Shown here piece by piece: positions 37,488-46,965 of a stretch of DNA of 53,985 nucleotides (position 1 is the first letter of the stretch; each line of letters starts with the position of its first letter). This DNA comes from Gemmatimonadota bacterium (lineage in GTDB: Bacteria; Latescibacterota; UBA2968; UBA8231). The notes beneath the pieces were generated by a model. That model had not been told where the DNA came from, did not search any database, and saw only the letters and a program-made list of their open reading frames with translations. A program made the position numbers and the translations under genes. The DNA lies in NCBI GenBank assembly GCA_038128265.1, contig JAYPJE010000028.1:1-53985 (forward strand), in the 5' to 3' direction.

Positions 37488-37824
37488 TATATCTCCTTGC
37501 GACCTTTGCTAATTAGTGAGCACATGCAGCTGAGTGAAAGCCAGAAACCAAGCCTATACGGGTACGGTGCACAAAAGGCAATTCAATTGGGTCGGTAGGT
37601 GCGTACTGCGCGGCCGCCAACGCCAATCAGGAAACGGCAACCGCGTGCTGTCTCGTGGTTTTTAGATTCGTAAAGGGAGGTACTAACTATTATCCGTGCC
37701 CAAATAGCCAAGTACTGACAACGAGGAAAACCGCTCGTATCCCTCGTCTATACTCATCTGGGCGCTTCGGTACTCCGTTGTGCGGGATATTTTATAAATG
37801 CGAGCGGGAAGTAGGAACTATGCA

Positions 37825-37853
37825 AAGGTATAAATCAACTGTGCTCTTGTCAA
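37825..37853 (-). promoter_or_regulatory. Sigma70-type promoter for rho
   Basis: TTGACA-17 nt-TACCTT, about 335 nt upstream of the rho ATG. Confidence 0.6.
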
Positions 37854-37923
37854 GAGGAGTGCCTGCGGCGCAAAGACATTACGAACAAATAGCCTTTCGC
37901 CGCAGGCCCCCAATCACAGCGAA

Positions 37924-38979
37924 TTAACCGCCATTTATCACAGAAGCATTGGCGACAACTTTACCAAAATCGTCGGCGAAGCGGAAGAAATCGCCAAAGT
38001 CGATGCTGCCATCGGGCACGATGTCAAAGCGAGCATCATAGCCAGCATCACCCGCCGACGTGCCAAAGTAGTCTGCGAAGAGGAAAAAGTCGTCAAAACC
38101 CACCTGATCTCCCTGGCGCGTAAACCACCCCAAGATCGGATTGCCTTCGCTATCTAACGGCGTTTCTACCGGAACCAAGACCGAAGTCGACTCGTCGTCG
38201 AGCGCCAGCACCCCGCCGATCGAATCAAAGACATCTGTGCCGGATTCAACTTCCGTCTTGAGGGTAGAGAGCGCATCCGTGGCGCTGAGTTCCTCTGATC
38301 CAGCATCCGGTTCCGCAATCTCGAAGGAGACAATCACGCTACCTGAGGCGAGGCCCGTAATCGTGATGCGCGCAGGGTTGATGCCCAGCAGGGCAGCTAA
38401 TTGCCGAATAAACTCTTCGGTAAAAGCGGCGACTACAATCTCGTTGGCCAGGTTCAACTCGCTGCCGATGCGCATCGACGCCTTAATCGTCGTCTTGACT
38501 GCAACTTCTGAAGGCCCGCCGACCAAGACAATGCGCGCTAGGTCGGCCTCTGATCCAGCGACGACATCGACGTCCGTTTCGTTGTCCAGGTCAAAGGGAC
38601 GCACCGAATAGATGTAGGAGGCGCCGTCTTCCACAGTGGCATCGACATACTCAGATACGCCCGCTGACAGCGTAGCGAGCAGCACTTCGCTGCCGCCTTC
38701 GTCTGCCCGATACACTTTATAGCCGCGCACGTCGGCCGAGGGCACCACAGCACCGCCGATAGAAGAGGTGAATAGGAGAGCATCGTCGGCCGAAAGGGTC
38801 CACGTGAGCGCCACGCTGCGCTCGCTCGCCCCACCGGCGACTAGGGCCTGTAGGTCTGTTACTGGAGACGGCGGAATATTGTCGACAGCGGCCACCGATT
38901 CGGCTGTAGACGTAAATTGCGCACTGGCCGAACCAGCACAAAGCGCCAGTATAGCAGCAAACAACGCTTTCTTCAACAT
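37924..38979 (-). CDS. Secreted surface protein: Fn3-like domain, SEA-like domain, dockerin/EF-hand-like tail
   Basis: Signal peptide. GYKVYR...YVDATV...YIYSV (Fn3). LAALLGINPARITITGLASGSVIVSFEI. Duplicated FDDFFLFAD/FGDFFRFAD tail. Confidence 0.8.
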   Translation of the reverse strand: MLKKALFAAILALCAGSASAQFTSTAESVAAVDNIPPSPVTDLQALVAGGASERSVALTWTLSADDALLFTSSIGGAVVPSADVRGYKVYRADEGGSEVLLATLSAGVSEYVDATVEDGASYIYSVRPFDLDNETDVDVVAGSEADLARIVLVGGPSEVAVKTTIKASMRIGSELNLANEIVVAAFTEEFIRQLAALLGINPARITITGLASGSVIVSFEIAEPDAGSEELSATDALSTLKTEVESGTDVFDSIGGVLALDDESTSVLVPVETPLDSEGNPILGWFTRQGDQVGFDDFFLFADYFGTSAGDAGYDARFDIVPDGSIDFGDFFRFADDFGKVVANASVINGG

Positions 38980-39077
38980 GATGCGGTGAAAACCATAGTC
39001 GAGTGGATTCCGTGCAAAAGAAGCGGATATTTAATCTAAACGACCCAATTGCTCTCGGTCAAGTCTTTTTCAGACGC

Positions 39078-39114
39078 AAAAGAGCGATGCGCTACCAAGG
39101 TAACGCATCGCTCT
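39078..39114 (-). terminator. Intrinsic terminator
   Basis: Minus strand AGAGCGATGCGTTACC-tt-GGTAGCGCATCGCTCT followed by TTT. Confidence 0.8.
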
Positions 39115-39169
39115 CCCCATATTACTTGGGACGATTTAACGCCCCTATGCAGCCCTACATAGCGCCAGA

Positions 39170-40864
39170 TTAACCGCCAGCGCCGACGTACGTGCCGCTC
39201 TTGCCGTAGTTATCAGCAAAGATGTAGAAATCGGTAAATTCCACTTTGCCATTGCCGTCGATGTCCGACCCCGCATTGGCAGGCGACGTCAAGCCAAAGT
39301 CATCAGCAAAGATGTAGAAATCGGTAAGTTGCACTTTGCCATCGCCGTCAAGGTCGCCATATATCTGATCGCCGTTTGCGTCCACCAGAATCTGCACGTC
39401 GCCGGGATCGCTACCGGTACCCGACAGCGCAACGCGCACTTCCGGCTGATCGGCATCGTTACTGGTAATGACCAACTCGCCGCTGGCCGCACCGGCCGCC
39501 GTCGGCGTAAACGTGACAGACGCGACGGCGGACTGGCCGCCCTCTGCGCTGAAGCTGCCCGTAGCCACTGTGAAAGCGGCATCGCCTTCAATGGCCAGGG
39601 TGCCGCTAAGCGTCAGGTCGCCGGTGTTGGTGATATTGACGTTCAGCGATCGATCGGCACCGATAAACACGCTGCCAAAGTTGGCCGGCACGGCGCCGCT
39701 AACGGCGATACCAGCCAGGTTCAGCCCGGCATCAATAGAAGCCGACACGGACACAATGGTCTCGCGCTGATTGGGATCATTGGTCAGCACCGTCACAGAG
39801 CCTGCGTAGGAGCCGTTCAGGTTGCCAACGGCCGCCGCGTCGAATTCGACGTCGATGGAACCCGTTTCGCCGGCCGCAAGCGACAGCGTAGCAGGTGAAA
39901 CCGAATAGCCATCTCCGCTCGCAGAAGCCGTTACGCTGAGCACCGCCTCTGCATCCGTCGCCGTGTTGGTAAAAGACAGCGTCTCGACAGCGATTTCGTC
40001 AGCACCAACGGCGCCGAGATCGATGGAGGAGAGGTTTGCCTGAAAGGAGACGACTTCCAGCACCGTGCCGGCACCCTCGACGCCGACAAAGGCATCGGGG
40101 TTTTCCGTCAGCTGCGTCTCGAGGCTGGCAACGGCGTCATCCGCCGAAACCGTCGACGCGGGATCGTCTTCGATCTCAAAATCAATGATGATACTACCGG
40201 CGCTGATGCCGTTGATCTTGATGCGGTCGATGGCGATGCCCAACAGCTCTGCCAGCGCAGCGCGCATATCGGCGATAAACTGCTCCTGCGCATCGGCCGG
40301 CGGCAGTTCCGCATCGAGCTTGACCTGAGCGGCCTTGCTGATAACCGAACCCGGCGGCACCGCGGGCTTACCGCCCGACGGCGGCGGTCCCAGATTGATC
40401 TGGTCGGACTCGATGACGTCACTCTCGTTGCCAGAGCGATCGAGGGCCGTGACCGAATAAATGTATGTGAGACCGGCCTGGACCGTATCATCGACATAAG
40501 ATACGGAACCAGCACCCACATTGGACACCAGCTCGTTTTCGCCACCGACAGGACGGCGCCACACGTTATAGCCAGCCACGTCATTGACGTTGCTGAAGAC
40601 GCCACCGGACGTCAGGTCGGAACCCACGGGCGCTTGGCGCACAAAGTCAGCAGCGGCCAATCCCCAAGAGATGGTGACGGTAACCGCACCCAGGTCCGCC
40701 TCAACAGCCACCGCGCTAACAGGGCCAGGCGCGATATTGTCCACACCGGCGGCCGGCGCCGAGCTGACTGTCATTGCCGCTTCAGCCGGATTGGCGTACG
40801 CGAGAAAGGAACCCAACCCTAAAAGGGTTAAGCCCGAAAAGAACACTTTTTTGCCTCTCGACAT
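39170..40864 (-). CDS. Secreted surface protein: Fn3-like, SEA-like, two ASH/choice-of-anchor-D-like Ig domains, dockerin-like tail
   Basis: ATG 40864 behind GAGGAGG RBS; the ORF-track extension to 41065 is unlikely. GYNVWR...YIYSVTALDRSGNES, GISAGSIIIDFEI, TNDP/SNDAD Ig motifs and two copies of D(L/I)DGxGKV..TDFYIFAD. Confidence 0.82.
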   Translation of the reverse strand: MSRGKKVFFSGLTLLGLGSFLAYANPAEAAMTVSSAPAAGVDNIAPGPVSAVAVEADLGAVTVTISWGLAAADFVRQAPVGSDLTSGGVFSNVNDVAGYNVWRRPVGGENELVSNVGAGSVSYVDDTVQAGLTYIYSVTALDRSGNESDVIESDQINLGPPPSGGKPAVPPGSVISKAAQVKLDAELPPADAQEQFIADMRAALAELLGIAIDRIKINGISAGSIIIDFEIEDDPASTVSADDAVASLETQLTENPDAFVGVEGAGTVLEVVSFQANLSSIDLGAVGADEIAVETLSFTNTATDAEAVLSVTASASGDGYSVSPATLSLAAGETGSIDVEFDAAAVGNLNGSYAGSVTVLTNDPNQRETIVSVSASIDAGLNLAGIAVSGAVPANFGSVFIGADRSLNVNITNTGDLTLSGTLAIEGDAAFTVATGSFSAEGGQSAVASVTFTPTAAGAASGELVITSNDADQPEVRVALSGTGSDPGDVQILVDANGDQIYGDLDGDGKVQLTDFYIFADDFGLTSPANAGSDIDGNGKVEFTDFYIFADNYGKSGTYVGAGG

Positions 40865-41348
40865 GTCCGATATCCTCCTCATCGATGCTGTCATTTCTGT
40901 TTCCGGTGAAGGCCGGAAATAGACGCAGCTCGTTGGTCCCGGCCCCGGTAGAGGGCACAAATGGTAAAATGCTTTGAGTTTACAGCGGTGATGCGCGATA
41001 CCAACTACACTAGATAATTGTCGTAAATTTATAGTAATAAACTTCAGAGTCAAGCGATTTCTCAATTATTTATGCCGAACACCTCCCCTTTTGTCGAACA
41101 GAGACGCAGCGGGGCCGATTGAGCAAAAAGCGGCCTCATCTCCCACTCTGAACGCCACCAGAAACCCGACCTCTAAGACGCTGCCAGCGTCCCTGCAACA
41201 GGCCAGATCTCGCTCTTTTGCACTGCACAACAGGTCGGGCGGTCCAAACCATCCCGAGCCCAACGGCCTTGACCCAGACAGCGGCCAAAAATATCTTAAC
41301 TAACATCCTGCCAACGGTCAATAATAGGGAAAAGACTTCTCCCGAGCA

Positions 41349-43145
41349 ATGCCCCGAATCCCCGAAGACATATTGGAACGCATCCGCGATGCAACGGATA
41401 TCGCCGAAATTGTCTCAGAGCACGTTCAGCTGAGCAAAAAGGGGCGCAATCTATTCGGCCTTTGCCCCTTTCACAACGAGAATTCGCCCTCTTTTAGCGT
41501 CAGCCCCGAACGACAAATTTACCACTGTTTCGGCTGCGGCGCCGGCGGCAACGCCTTCAAATTCATCCAGGAAATAGACCGCGTCAGCTTTGTCGAGGCC
41601 GTGGCATTTCTCGCCGCACGCGCGGGAATCACCCTGCCGCAAGACGACGCGCCAACGCGCGCTGCCAGCGATGCGGCAGACGAGATATACCGAGCCAATG
41701 ACTTGGCAAGCAAATACTTTCACCACATGCTGCTCAACGACAGCGCCGGAGAGCATGCACTGGCCTATCTGCGCAACCGCCGCCTGAGCGACGAAACGAT
41801 CGAGCGCTTCGGCCTGGGCTATGCCCCAGACGCCTGGGACGGCCTGCTGAAAGTAGCCGGCCGGCGCGGCCTGGGGCCGCAGGTAATGGAGCGGGCCGGG
41901 TTGGCTCTGCCCAGACAGAGCGGCAGCGGCTACTACGATCGTTTCCGCGACCGCGCCACCTTTTCCATCGCCAACCTGTCTAACCGCGTTATCGCTTTCG
42001 GCGCACGCGCCCTGCAGGCAGAGCAGGAACCCAAATATCTCAACTCTCCCGAAACGGCTATCTATCACAAGGGGAACGTGCTCTACGGCTTGGCTCACAC
42101 GCGCGATGCCATACGCCGCAGCGATTCGGCTATTGTCGTCGAGGGCTATATGGACCTGTTGAGTCTGGTGCAGGCGGGCATCGAAAACGTGGTGGCCACC
42201 TCGGGCACGGCGCTGACGGAAGATCACTGTCGCGCGCTGGCGCGCTATGCGCACCGCATCGTCTTGCTTTTCGACGGCGATGCGGCCGGGTCCAACGCCG
42301 CTATGCGCGGTTTAGAAATTGTGTTGGGCAGCGGTGCCGATGCGCGCGTGGTCTCCCTGCCCAGCGAACACGATCCCGACACCTTTGTGCAGGCAGAGGG
42401 ACCAGATGCGCTGCTGTCCATGGCCGAAAAGGGCCAGTCGGCTCTCGACTTCTACCTCTACCAGATGGGCAAACAGCACGACCTGGGCAGCGTGCAGGGC
42501 AAAGCGCAGGCCATAGAAGCGCTCAAGCCGCTCTTGGCGCGCCCGCGCGATGCCGTGCGCCGCGATCTGATGATGCGCGAAGTGGCCCAGCGACTCTCCG
42601 TGGACGAGAGCGCCCTGCGACAAGAAATGCGTCAGGTCGTCCAGCGCCAGGGACGCACGCGCTCGGCTCCGGCGACCGAACCGGCCGCCGCTCAGGTACC
42701 CGAACCGCCGCGCCGCGAGCGCGAATTTATCGGCCTGCTGTTGCACTACCCCAGCTATATCGCGGCCACGGCGGCCGAGCTAAACGCCGAATGCCTAGAA
42801 TCCAGCGCCTGCCGCGCGCTGCTCGAAGCGCTCTACGGGCGTTTCTCCAACGCAGATACGGTTGACCTAGGGCTGTTGATTGACGCACTCGAAGACGAGC
42901 GCCTGAGCCGTTTGGTAAGCGAGTGCGCGATGTTTGGCTTTTCAGAAGAACAGGTGGAAGAGCAGTGGCGCCAGTCGGTCATGTTTTTTCAGCGCACTTC
43001 GCTGCAGCGCCGCATCCATTCCACACGCCACGCACTCGTCCAAGCCGAGCAAAATGGCAACGACGATGAGGTGCTGCGGCTGAGCGGCGAACTCGTGCAG
43101 CTGAACCAAGAGCGGCAGCGCTACGCGGACGCACAAAGCTCTTGA
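41349..43145 (+). CDS. dnaG: DNA primase
   Basis: CPFHNE...YHCFGCG zinc finger, KYLNSPET, VVEGYMD and FDGDAAG (TOPRIM) motifs. Confidence 0.98.
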   Translation: MPRIPEDILERIRDATDIAEIVSEHVQLSKKGRNLFGLCPFHNENSPSFSVSPERQIYHCFGCGAGGNAFKFIQEIDRVSFVEAVAFLAARAGITLPQDDAPTRAASDAADEIYRANDLASKYFHHMLLNDSAGEHALAYLRNRRLSDETIERFGLGYAPDAWDGLLKVAGRRGLGPQVMERAGLALPRQSGSGYYDRFRDRATFSIANLSNRVIAFGARALQAEQEPKYLNSPETAIYHKGNVLYGLAHTRDAIRRSDSAIVVEGYMDLLSLVQAGIENVVATSGTALTEDHCRALARYAHRIVLLFDGDAAGSNAAMRGLEIVLGSGADARVVSLPSEHDPDTFVQAEGPDALLSMAEKGQSALDFYLYQMGKQHDLGSVQGKAQAIEALKPLLARPRDAVRRDLMMREVAQRLSVDESALRQEMRQVVQRQGRTRSAPATEPAAAQVPEPPRREREFIGLLLHYPSYIAATAAELNAECLESSACRALLEALYGRFSNADTVDLGLLIDALEDERLSRLVSECAMFGFSEEQVEEQWRQSVMFFQRTSLQRRIHSTRHALVQAEQNGNDDEVLRLSGELVQLNQERQRYADAQSS

Positions 43146-43169
43146 CCCTAAGTGGAAAACATCTACATT
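43142..43169 (+). promoter_or_regulatory. Probable tRNA operon promoter
   Basis: TTGACC-16 nt-TACATT overlapping the dnaG stop. Confidence 0.45.
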
Positions 43170-43183
43170 TGGTCTTTGCTTTT

Positions 43184-43262
<79 letters not shown>

Positions 43263-43275
43263 TTTTGCCAGATGC

Positions 43276-43352
43276 GGGCGATTAGCTCAGTTGGTTAGAG
43301 CGCCGGTCTCACATACCGGAGGCCACTGGTTCAAATCCAGTATCGCCCACCA
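43276..43352 (+). tRNA. tRNA-Val (CAC)
   Basis: GGGCGAT...ATCGCCC-ACCA, anticodon arm CCGGT-CT-CAC-AT-ACCGG, T-loop GGTTCAAATCC. Confidence 0.95.
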
Positions 43353-43356
43353 TACA

Positions 43357-43392
43357 GAAACCGCCGGAGCTGCTGCCCCGGCGGTTTTTATT
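43357..43392 (+). terminator. Intrinsic terminator after the tRNAs, possibly bidirectional
   Basis: AAACCGCCGG...CCGGCGGTTT followed by TTATT. Confidence 0.75.
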
Positions 43393-43425
43393 GTATCATG
43401 TCCCCTTACCATTCTAATCTATAGG

Positions 43426-44622
43426 TCAGTCGCGCCATTCGATGAGCAAATCGGGTGCGTCTCGGTCCAAGCTGGCGCCGCTAGGGCGTATCCCAATCGG
43501 TCGCATAGGCGCGCTGAGCGGCGGTTTGTATGCAATGTCTAACAGCGGCGTTTGCACTGCAGTCCCCCCCTCGTAGCGCGAGTTCATCACCGCGTCGATC
43601 ATACCCGTGGCGAGCAGCGTGCGCTCGGCCGGATAGGGCACTGTTCCCGTCTGAAAAAAGCGCTGGATGTTGCGGCACAAATAGCCGAAACTCGCACCGG
43701 GACCGTCGGGCTGCAGGTAGAATTCCGTCGCCTGCACGCCGCTGGCATCGCGTTCGGCATAGGCCCAGCTCTGCACCGAGCCGTTCAGCATCAGGCAGGT
43801 GCTCTGGAAGCCGTCTACATGATCGAAGAGAAAGGCCGCCGGCCGGTCAGACCCTGCTTCGATCGCGCCCTTGCACTCCATCGCCGCCCACGCCGCATTG
43901 GCCAATTCGCCAGAAAAACGTCCTTCGTCGCGCGCGCGCCATACGGCGTCGCCCTCCAGGTACTGTGCAGAGCGCACACCGGCCTCGCCTCCAGCACGGC
44001 GTTCGGCCATGCACAGCAGCGTTTCTATCGTGTGATAGCCATAGGCTTCGATGCCGCCATAGCCAATAGCCAGCGCTTCGCGCAGATCGACGCCGGAATC
44101 GTAGTTTAGCGACGGATCGCGCCAGGCAAGGGGCAAACACGATCCGGCCATTAGCGGAATCTGCAGTTCCTCGGCTCGACGCCACATCCACAGCGCATCG
44201 CTGAAGTCGTAGGCAAAGTGCTTGTCGTTGAAAACGGGCACGGCGCGGCCGCTCTCGGCAAACACTCCGGCAATCTGCTCAAAAAAGTAACGGCGCGGGT
44301 ACATGTGGCGCCCGCGCTCGTTCCAGGGATAGTCGCCGTGCTCACCGATCAGCAGCACGGCATCGACGTTGAGGTGCGAATCACCGGCGTGCAGGGCGCG
44401 GCGAATGCTCGGGTAGATGGGAATGCCGTGCGCCCGCGCTAGGTCGACGCCGATATCGCTCTCTAATACGTGGTCGATATAGAGAGAGACTACGTCGACT
44501 TCCGGCGGGAAAAAGCCCTCGTCGGTCGACATACCCTTGACGAATTTGCCGACGATAGCATCGGCGTGCGACTTGGCGTAGTAGGTTGTACAGATAGCCG
44601 CGACGCGCAGTCGCTCAGCCAT
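43426..44622 (-). CDS. Conserved hypothetical protein, Gfo/Idh/MocA-like oxidoreductase fold suspected
   Basis: Rossmann-like start (LRVAAICT), VDAVLLIGEHGDYP, VFNDKH, LMAGS and YGYH motifs. Confidence 0.7.
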   Translation of the reverse strand: MAERLRVAAICTTYYAKSHADAIVGKFVKGMSTDEGFFPPEVDVVSLYIDHVLESDIGVDLARAHGIPIYPSIRRALHAGDSHLNVDAVLLIGEHGDYPWNERGRHMYPRRYFFEQIAGVFAESGRAVPVFNDKHFAYDFSDALWMWRRAEELQIPLMAGSCLPLAWRDPSLNYDSGVDLREALAIGYGGIEAYGYHTIETLLCMAERRAGGEAGVRSAQYLEGDAVWRARDEGRFSGELANAAWAAMECKGAIEAGSDRPAAFLFDHVDGFQSTCLMLNGSVQSWAYAERDASGVQATEFYLQPDGPGASFGYLCRNIQRFFQTGTVPYPAERTLLATGMIDAVMNSRYEGGTAVQTPLLDIAYKPPLSAPMRPIGIRPSGASLDRDAPDLLIEWRD

Positions 44623-45535
44623 CGTCCTGCATATCGCGAATGGCTTTGCACTGGCGCAAGCTCACCGAACGAGGCGGCTTCTGATAGCCTTTCCACGCAT
44701 AGGGATCTACGCCGGATACGGGCAGAATATTGCGTCGGTCCGCATTGGCTACGCGCTCGCCCTCCTCCAAGCTCCACGGAAGCAGACTCCAGGCGTTGCA
44801 GTAGTGGTTTACCAACACGCGGCGGTACACGCCGCTGTGATTTTTGCGCGAGCGGTGCAATAGGTAACCATTAAAGAAGACCAACGTACCTGCCTTTACC
44901 TCGACGGGCACCTCCACGCTCTCGTCAAAACCGTAGCTCTCGGGGGCAAAGTCGAACTCTTCCGGCCTCTCGTGATCGCGCTGCGGATACAGATAGCCGG
45001 TTCGATGCGAACCGGGAATAATCCACAAACAGCCGTTTTCCTGCGTGGCGTCGTCAACCGCGATCCAAGCGCCAATCAGCGAGCGGTCGCGCGTTGGAAT
45101 GTACACCTCATCCTGGTGCCAGGCCTGCCCTTGGAACTGCGGCGGCTTGACAAAGTACATCGACTGCATGCACTTAACACTGCCGTCCCACCAGGGCAGG
45201 TGCGCGGCGGTAATCTGGCTTAGCACACCGCAGATCTTGGGATGGCGCACGTATTTCTCAATGACCGGACTAACAAAGTGCGGCTGGTGAATGCACAGCA
45301 CGGTCTTCAACACCTCGGCATCGTCAATAGCCTCCGAAACGGGCTCGATATTTTCACAGGGATAGCCGCCGCGCGCCACTTTGACGATGTCCTCTTTGAG
45401 CTCGTCGAGCTCGTCTGCGCTAATCAGGTCGGGGACGGCAAGGTACCCCTGCTCGATAAAGAAGTCGACCTGCTCCTGGGCTATTACCTTGGGCACGTCA
45501 ATCGCCGCATCGCCGTTTATCTGCATTGCTTCCAT
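44615..45535 (-). CDS. Phytanoyl-CoA dioxygenase (PhyH) family Fe(II)/2OG enzyme
   Basis: WHQD (HxD), NGCLWIIPGSH and LLHRS motifs. ATG 45535 after GAGGTGGAG. Confidence 0.9.
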   Translation of the reverse strand: MEAMQINGDAAIDVPKVIAQEQVDFFIEQGYLAVPDLISADELDELKEDIVKVARGGYPCENIEPVSEAIDDAEVLKTVLCIHQPHFVSPVIEKYVRHPKICGVLSQITAAHLPWWDGSVKCMQSMYFVKPPQFQGQAWHQDEVYIPTRDRSLIGAWIAVDDATQENGCLWIIPGSHRTGYLYPQRDHERPEEFDFAPESYGFDESVEVPVEVKAGTLVFFNGYLLHRSRKNHSGVYRRVLVNHYCNAWSLLPWSLEEGERVANADRRNILPVSGVDPYAWKGYQKPPRSVSLRQCKAIRDMQDDG

Positions 45536-45681
45536 AGCTCCACCTCGCACCTATCGTCGGATTGCTACATCGGATTAATCCCTAGAGTACTCAACGAAAA
45601 AAGTTTGTCAATCGAATTAAAATCGGCGCTGCGCGCATCGCGACCGTTGCAGTTGTGAAGCGCCAACAGGCTTTTGTACTG

Positions 45682-45765
45682 CCAGGCCAATCGGCCTTGA
45701 AAAAGGCACCGTTGACTCCTGACAGCCCAGCGGCAACAGCGACTTGGCTCCCAGGCCAATCGGCC
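45682..45765. repeat. Two identical 15-bp direct repeats CCAGGCCAATCGGCC
   Basis: Copies at 45682-45696 and 45751-45765 in the divergent intergenic region. Confidence 0.8.
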
Positions 45766-45844
45766 ATAAAACGGGGCTGCCGAGGTCTGGCCAATGCGCA
45801 CGCCATCGTCTACATTTTCCGTCACCTACTACAGGAGCCCACTC

Positions 45845-46846
45845 ATGAATAGACCGCCCGAAGAATTCAACCTCATACCCGTCGAGCAGCTGCGCGCGTT
45901 TGGCCAAGCCTGCCTACAGGCTGCCGGCATGCCCGAAGACCACGCCCAACAGCTGGCGCACTTGCTGAGCAATTCCGATCTGCGCGGCGTGCGCTCGCAC
46001 GGCACGCGGGCGCTATACGGCTACTGCCGCACAATCCGCAGCGGCCGCGTCAATCCCAACCCCGACATCGCAGTCGTGCGCGAAACGGATACGTCAATCT
46101 TTGTGGACGGCGACGGCGGTCTAGGCTATGCGCCGACGATGCTGGCCACGGAGAAAGCTATTGAAAAAGCAAAAGAGAAAGGCATCGCCGTAGGCGCGGC
46201 GCGCTGCATTGGCCACTACGGCTCGGCAGGGCACTACGTGCGACGCGCCATGGAAGAAGGCTGCACCGCCTATTCGGTGCAGGGTTCCTATCCACAGTAC
46301 TATACCAGCAACGAAGGCAAGCGCGCGGCCCACTACGGTAACCCGCCGCTGTGCTTTGGCTTTCCCGGCCAAGATGGCGCGCCCGTTATCCTCGACGGCG
46401 CCACCTGCATACTGGCTGACTACCAGCGCGGCGAGGAGTTCGAAGCGCTCGAGTCGCAGATACCCGCCGCCTTCTTTAAAAGCATGGGCTACACGGCCAT
46501 TGGCACGCTACTCGGCGGGGCCTTTGTCGGTCAGGCCGATCCACGCGCCGAAGAAATCGTCCAGCAGTGGCCCGGCGCTCGTCTGGGCGGCCTAGTTGTC
46601 GTTATGGATCTGGGGCTCTTCGCCCCGGCCGAACAGGTGCGACGCGGCGTAGACGAACTCAACCAGCGCGCTTCAGCAGAGATGATACCCGTCGCCGGCT
46701 ACGACGAAACCACGCTGCCCGGAGTCGTTGAACACCGCCGCGAAAACGAATATCGGCAGCGCGGCGTGCCCGTAGGAACGGAGGAGCTAAAACGACTCGA
46801 AGAGTGCGCCACAGAATTTGACGTGCCGATACCGTGGAAGTCCTGA
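45845..46846 (+). CDS. Ldh_2 family (malate/L-lactate/sulfolactate/ureidoglycolate-type) oxidoreductase
   Basis: DLRGVRSHG, VDGDGGLG, HYGSAGHY and GNPP motifs. ATG 45845 after AGGAG. Confidence 0.88.
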   Translation: MNRPPEEFNLIPVEQLRAFGQACLQAAGMPEDHAQQLAHLLSNSDLRGVRSHGTRALYGYCRTIRSGRVNPNPDIAVVRETDTSIFVDGDGGLGYAPTMLATEKAIEKAKEKGIAVGAARCIGHYGSAGHYVRRAMEEGCTAYSVQGSYPQYYTSNEGKRAAHYGNPPLCFGFPGQDGAPVILDGATCILADYQRGEEFEALESQIPAAFFKSMGYTAIGTLLGGAFVGQADPRAEEIVQQWPGARLGGLVVVMDLGLFAPAEQVRRGVDELNQRASAEMIPVAGYDETTLPGVVEHRRENEYRQRGVPVGTEELKRLEECATEFDVPIPWKS

Positions 46847-46965
46847 TGTACCGTCTATGCTGGACTTTAAACCGCACACCGCATAGCTTACATGCGGTTG
46901 CACATCGGCGCTTTGCGCGCATGCTGACCCCAAAGATCGTCCACTCCGATAAAGGAGAGTAACCG

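Noticed and set aside
31033..37598. Long plus-strand ORFs opposite recA, radA, prfA and rho (e.g. 31282-31863, 36630-37598)
   Set aside because: Antisense shadow frames expected from GC-rich codon bias; no motifs of their own.
39210..39345. Near-identical repeats ATCAGCAAAGATGTAGAAATCGGTAA
   Set aside because: The two halves of the dockerin-like protein tail; only two copies, both in frame.
41451..43136. Minus-strand ORFs inside dnaG
   Set aside because: Antisense shadows of a conserved gene.
45682..45765. Mini CRISPR array
   Set aside because: Only two 15-bp repeats, too short for CRISPR, and no cas genes.
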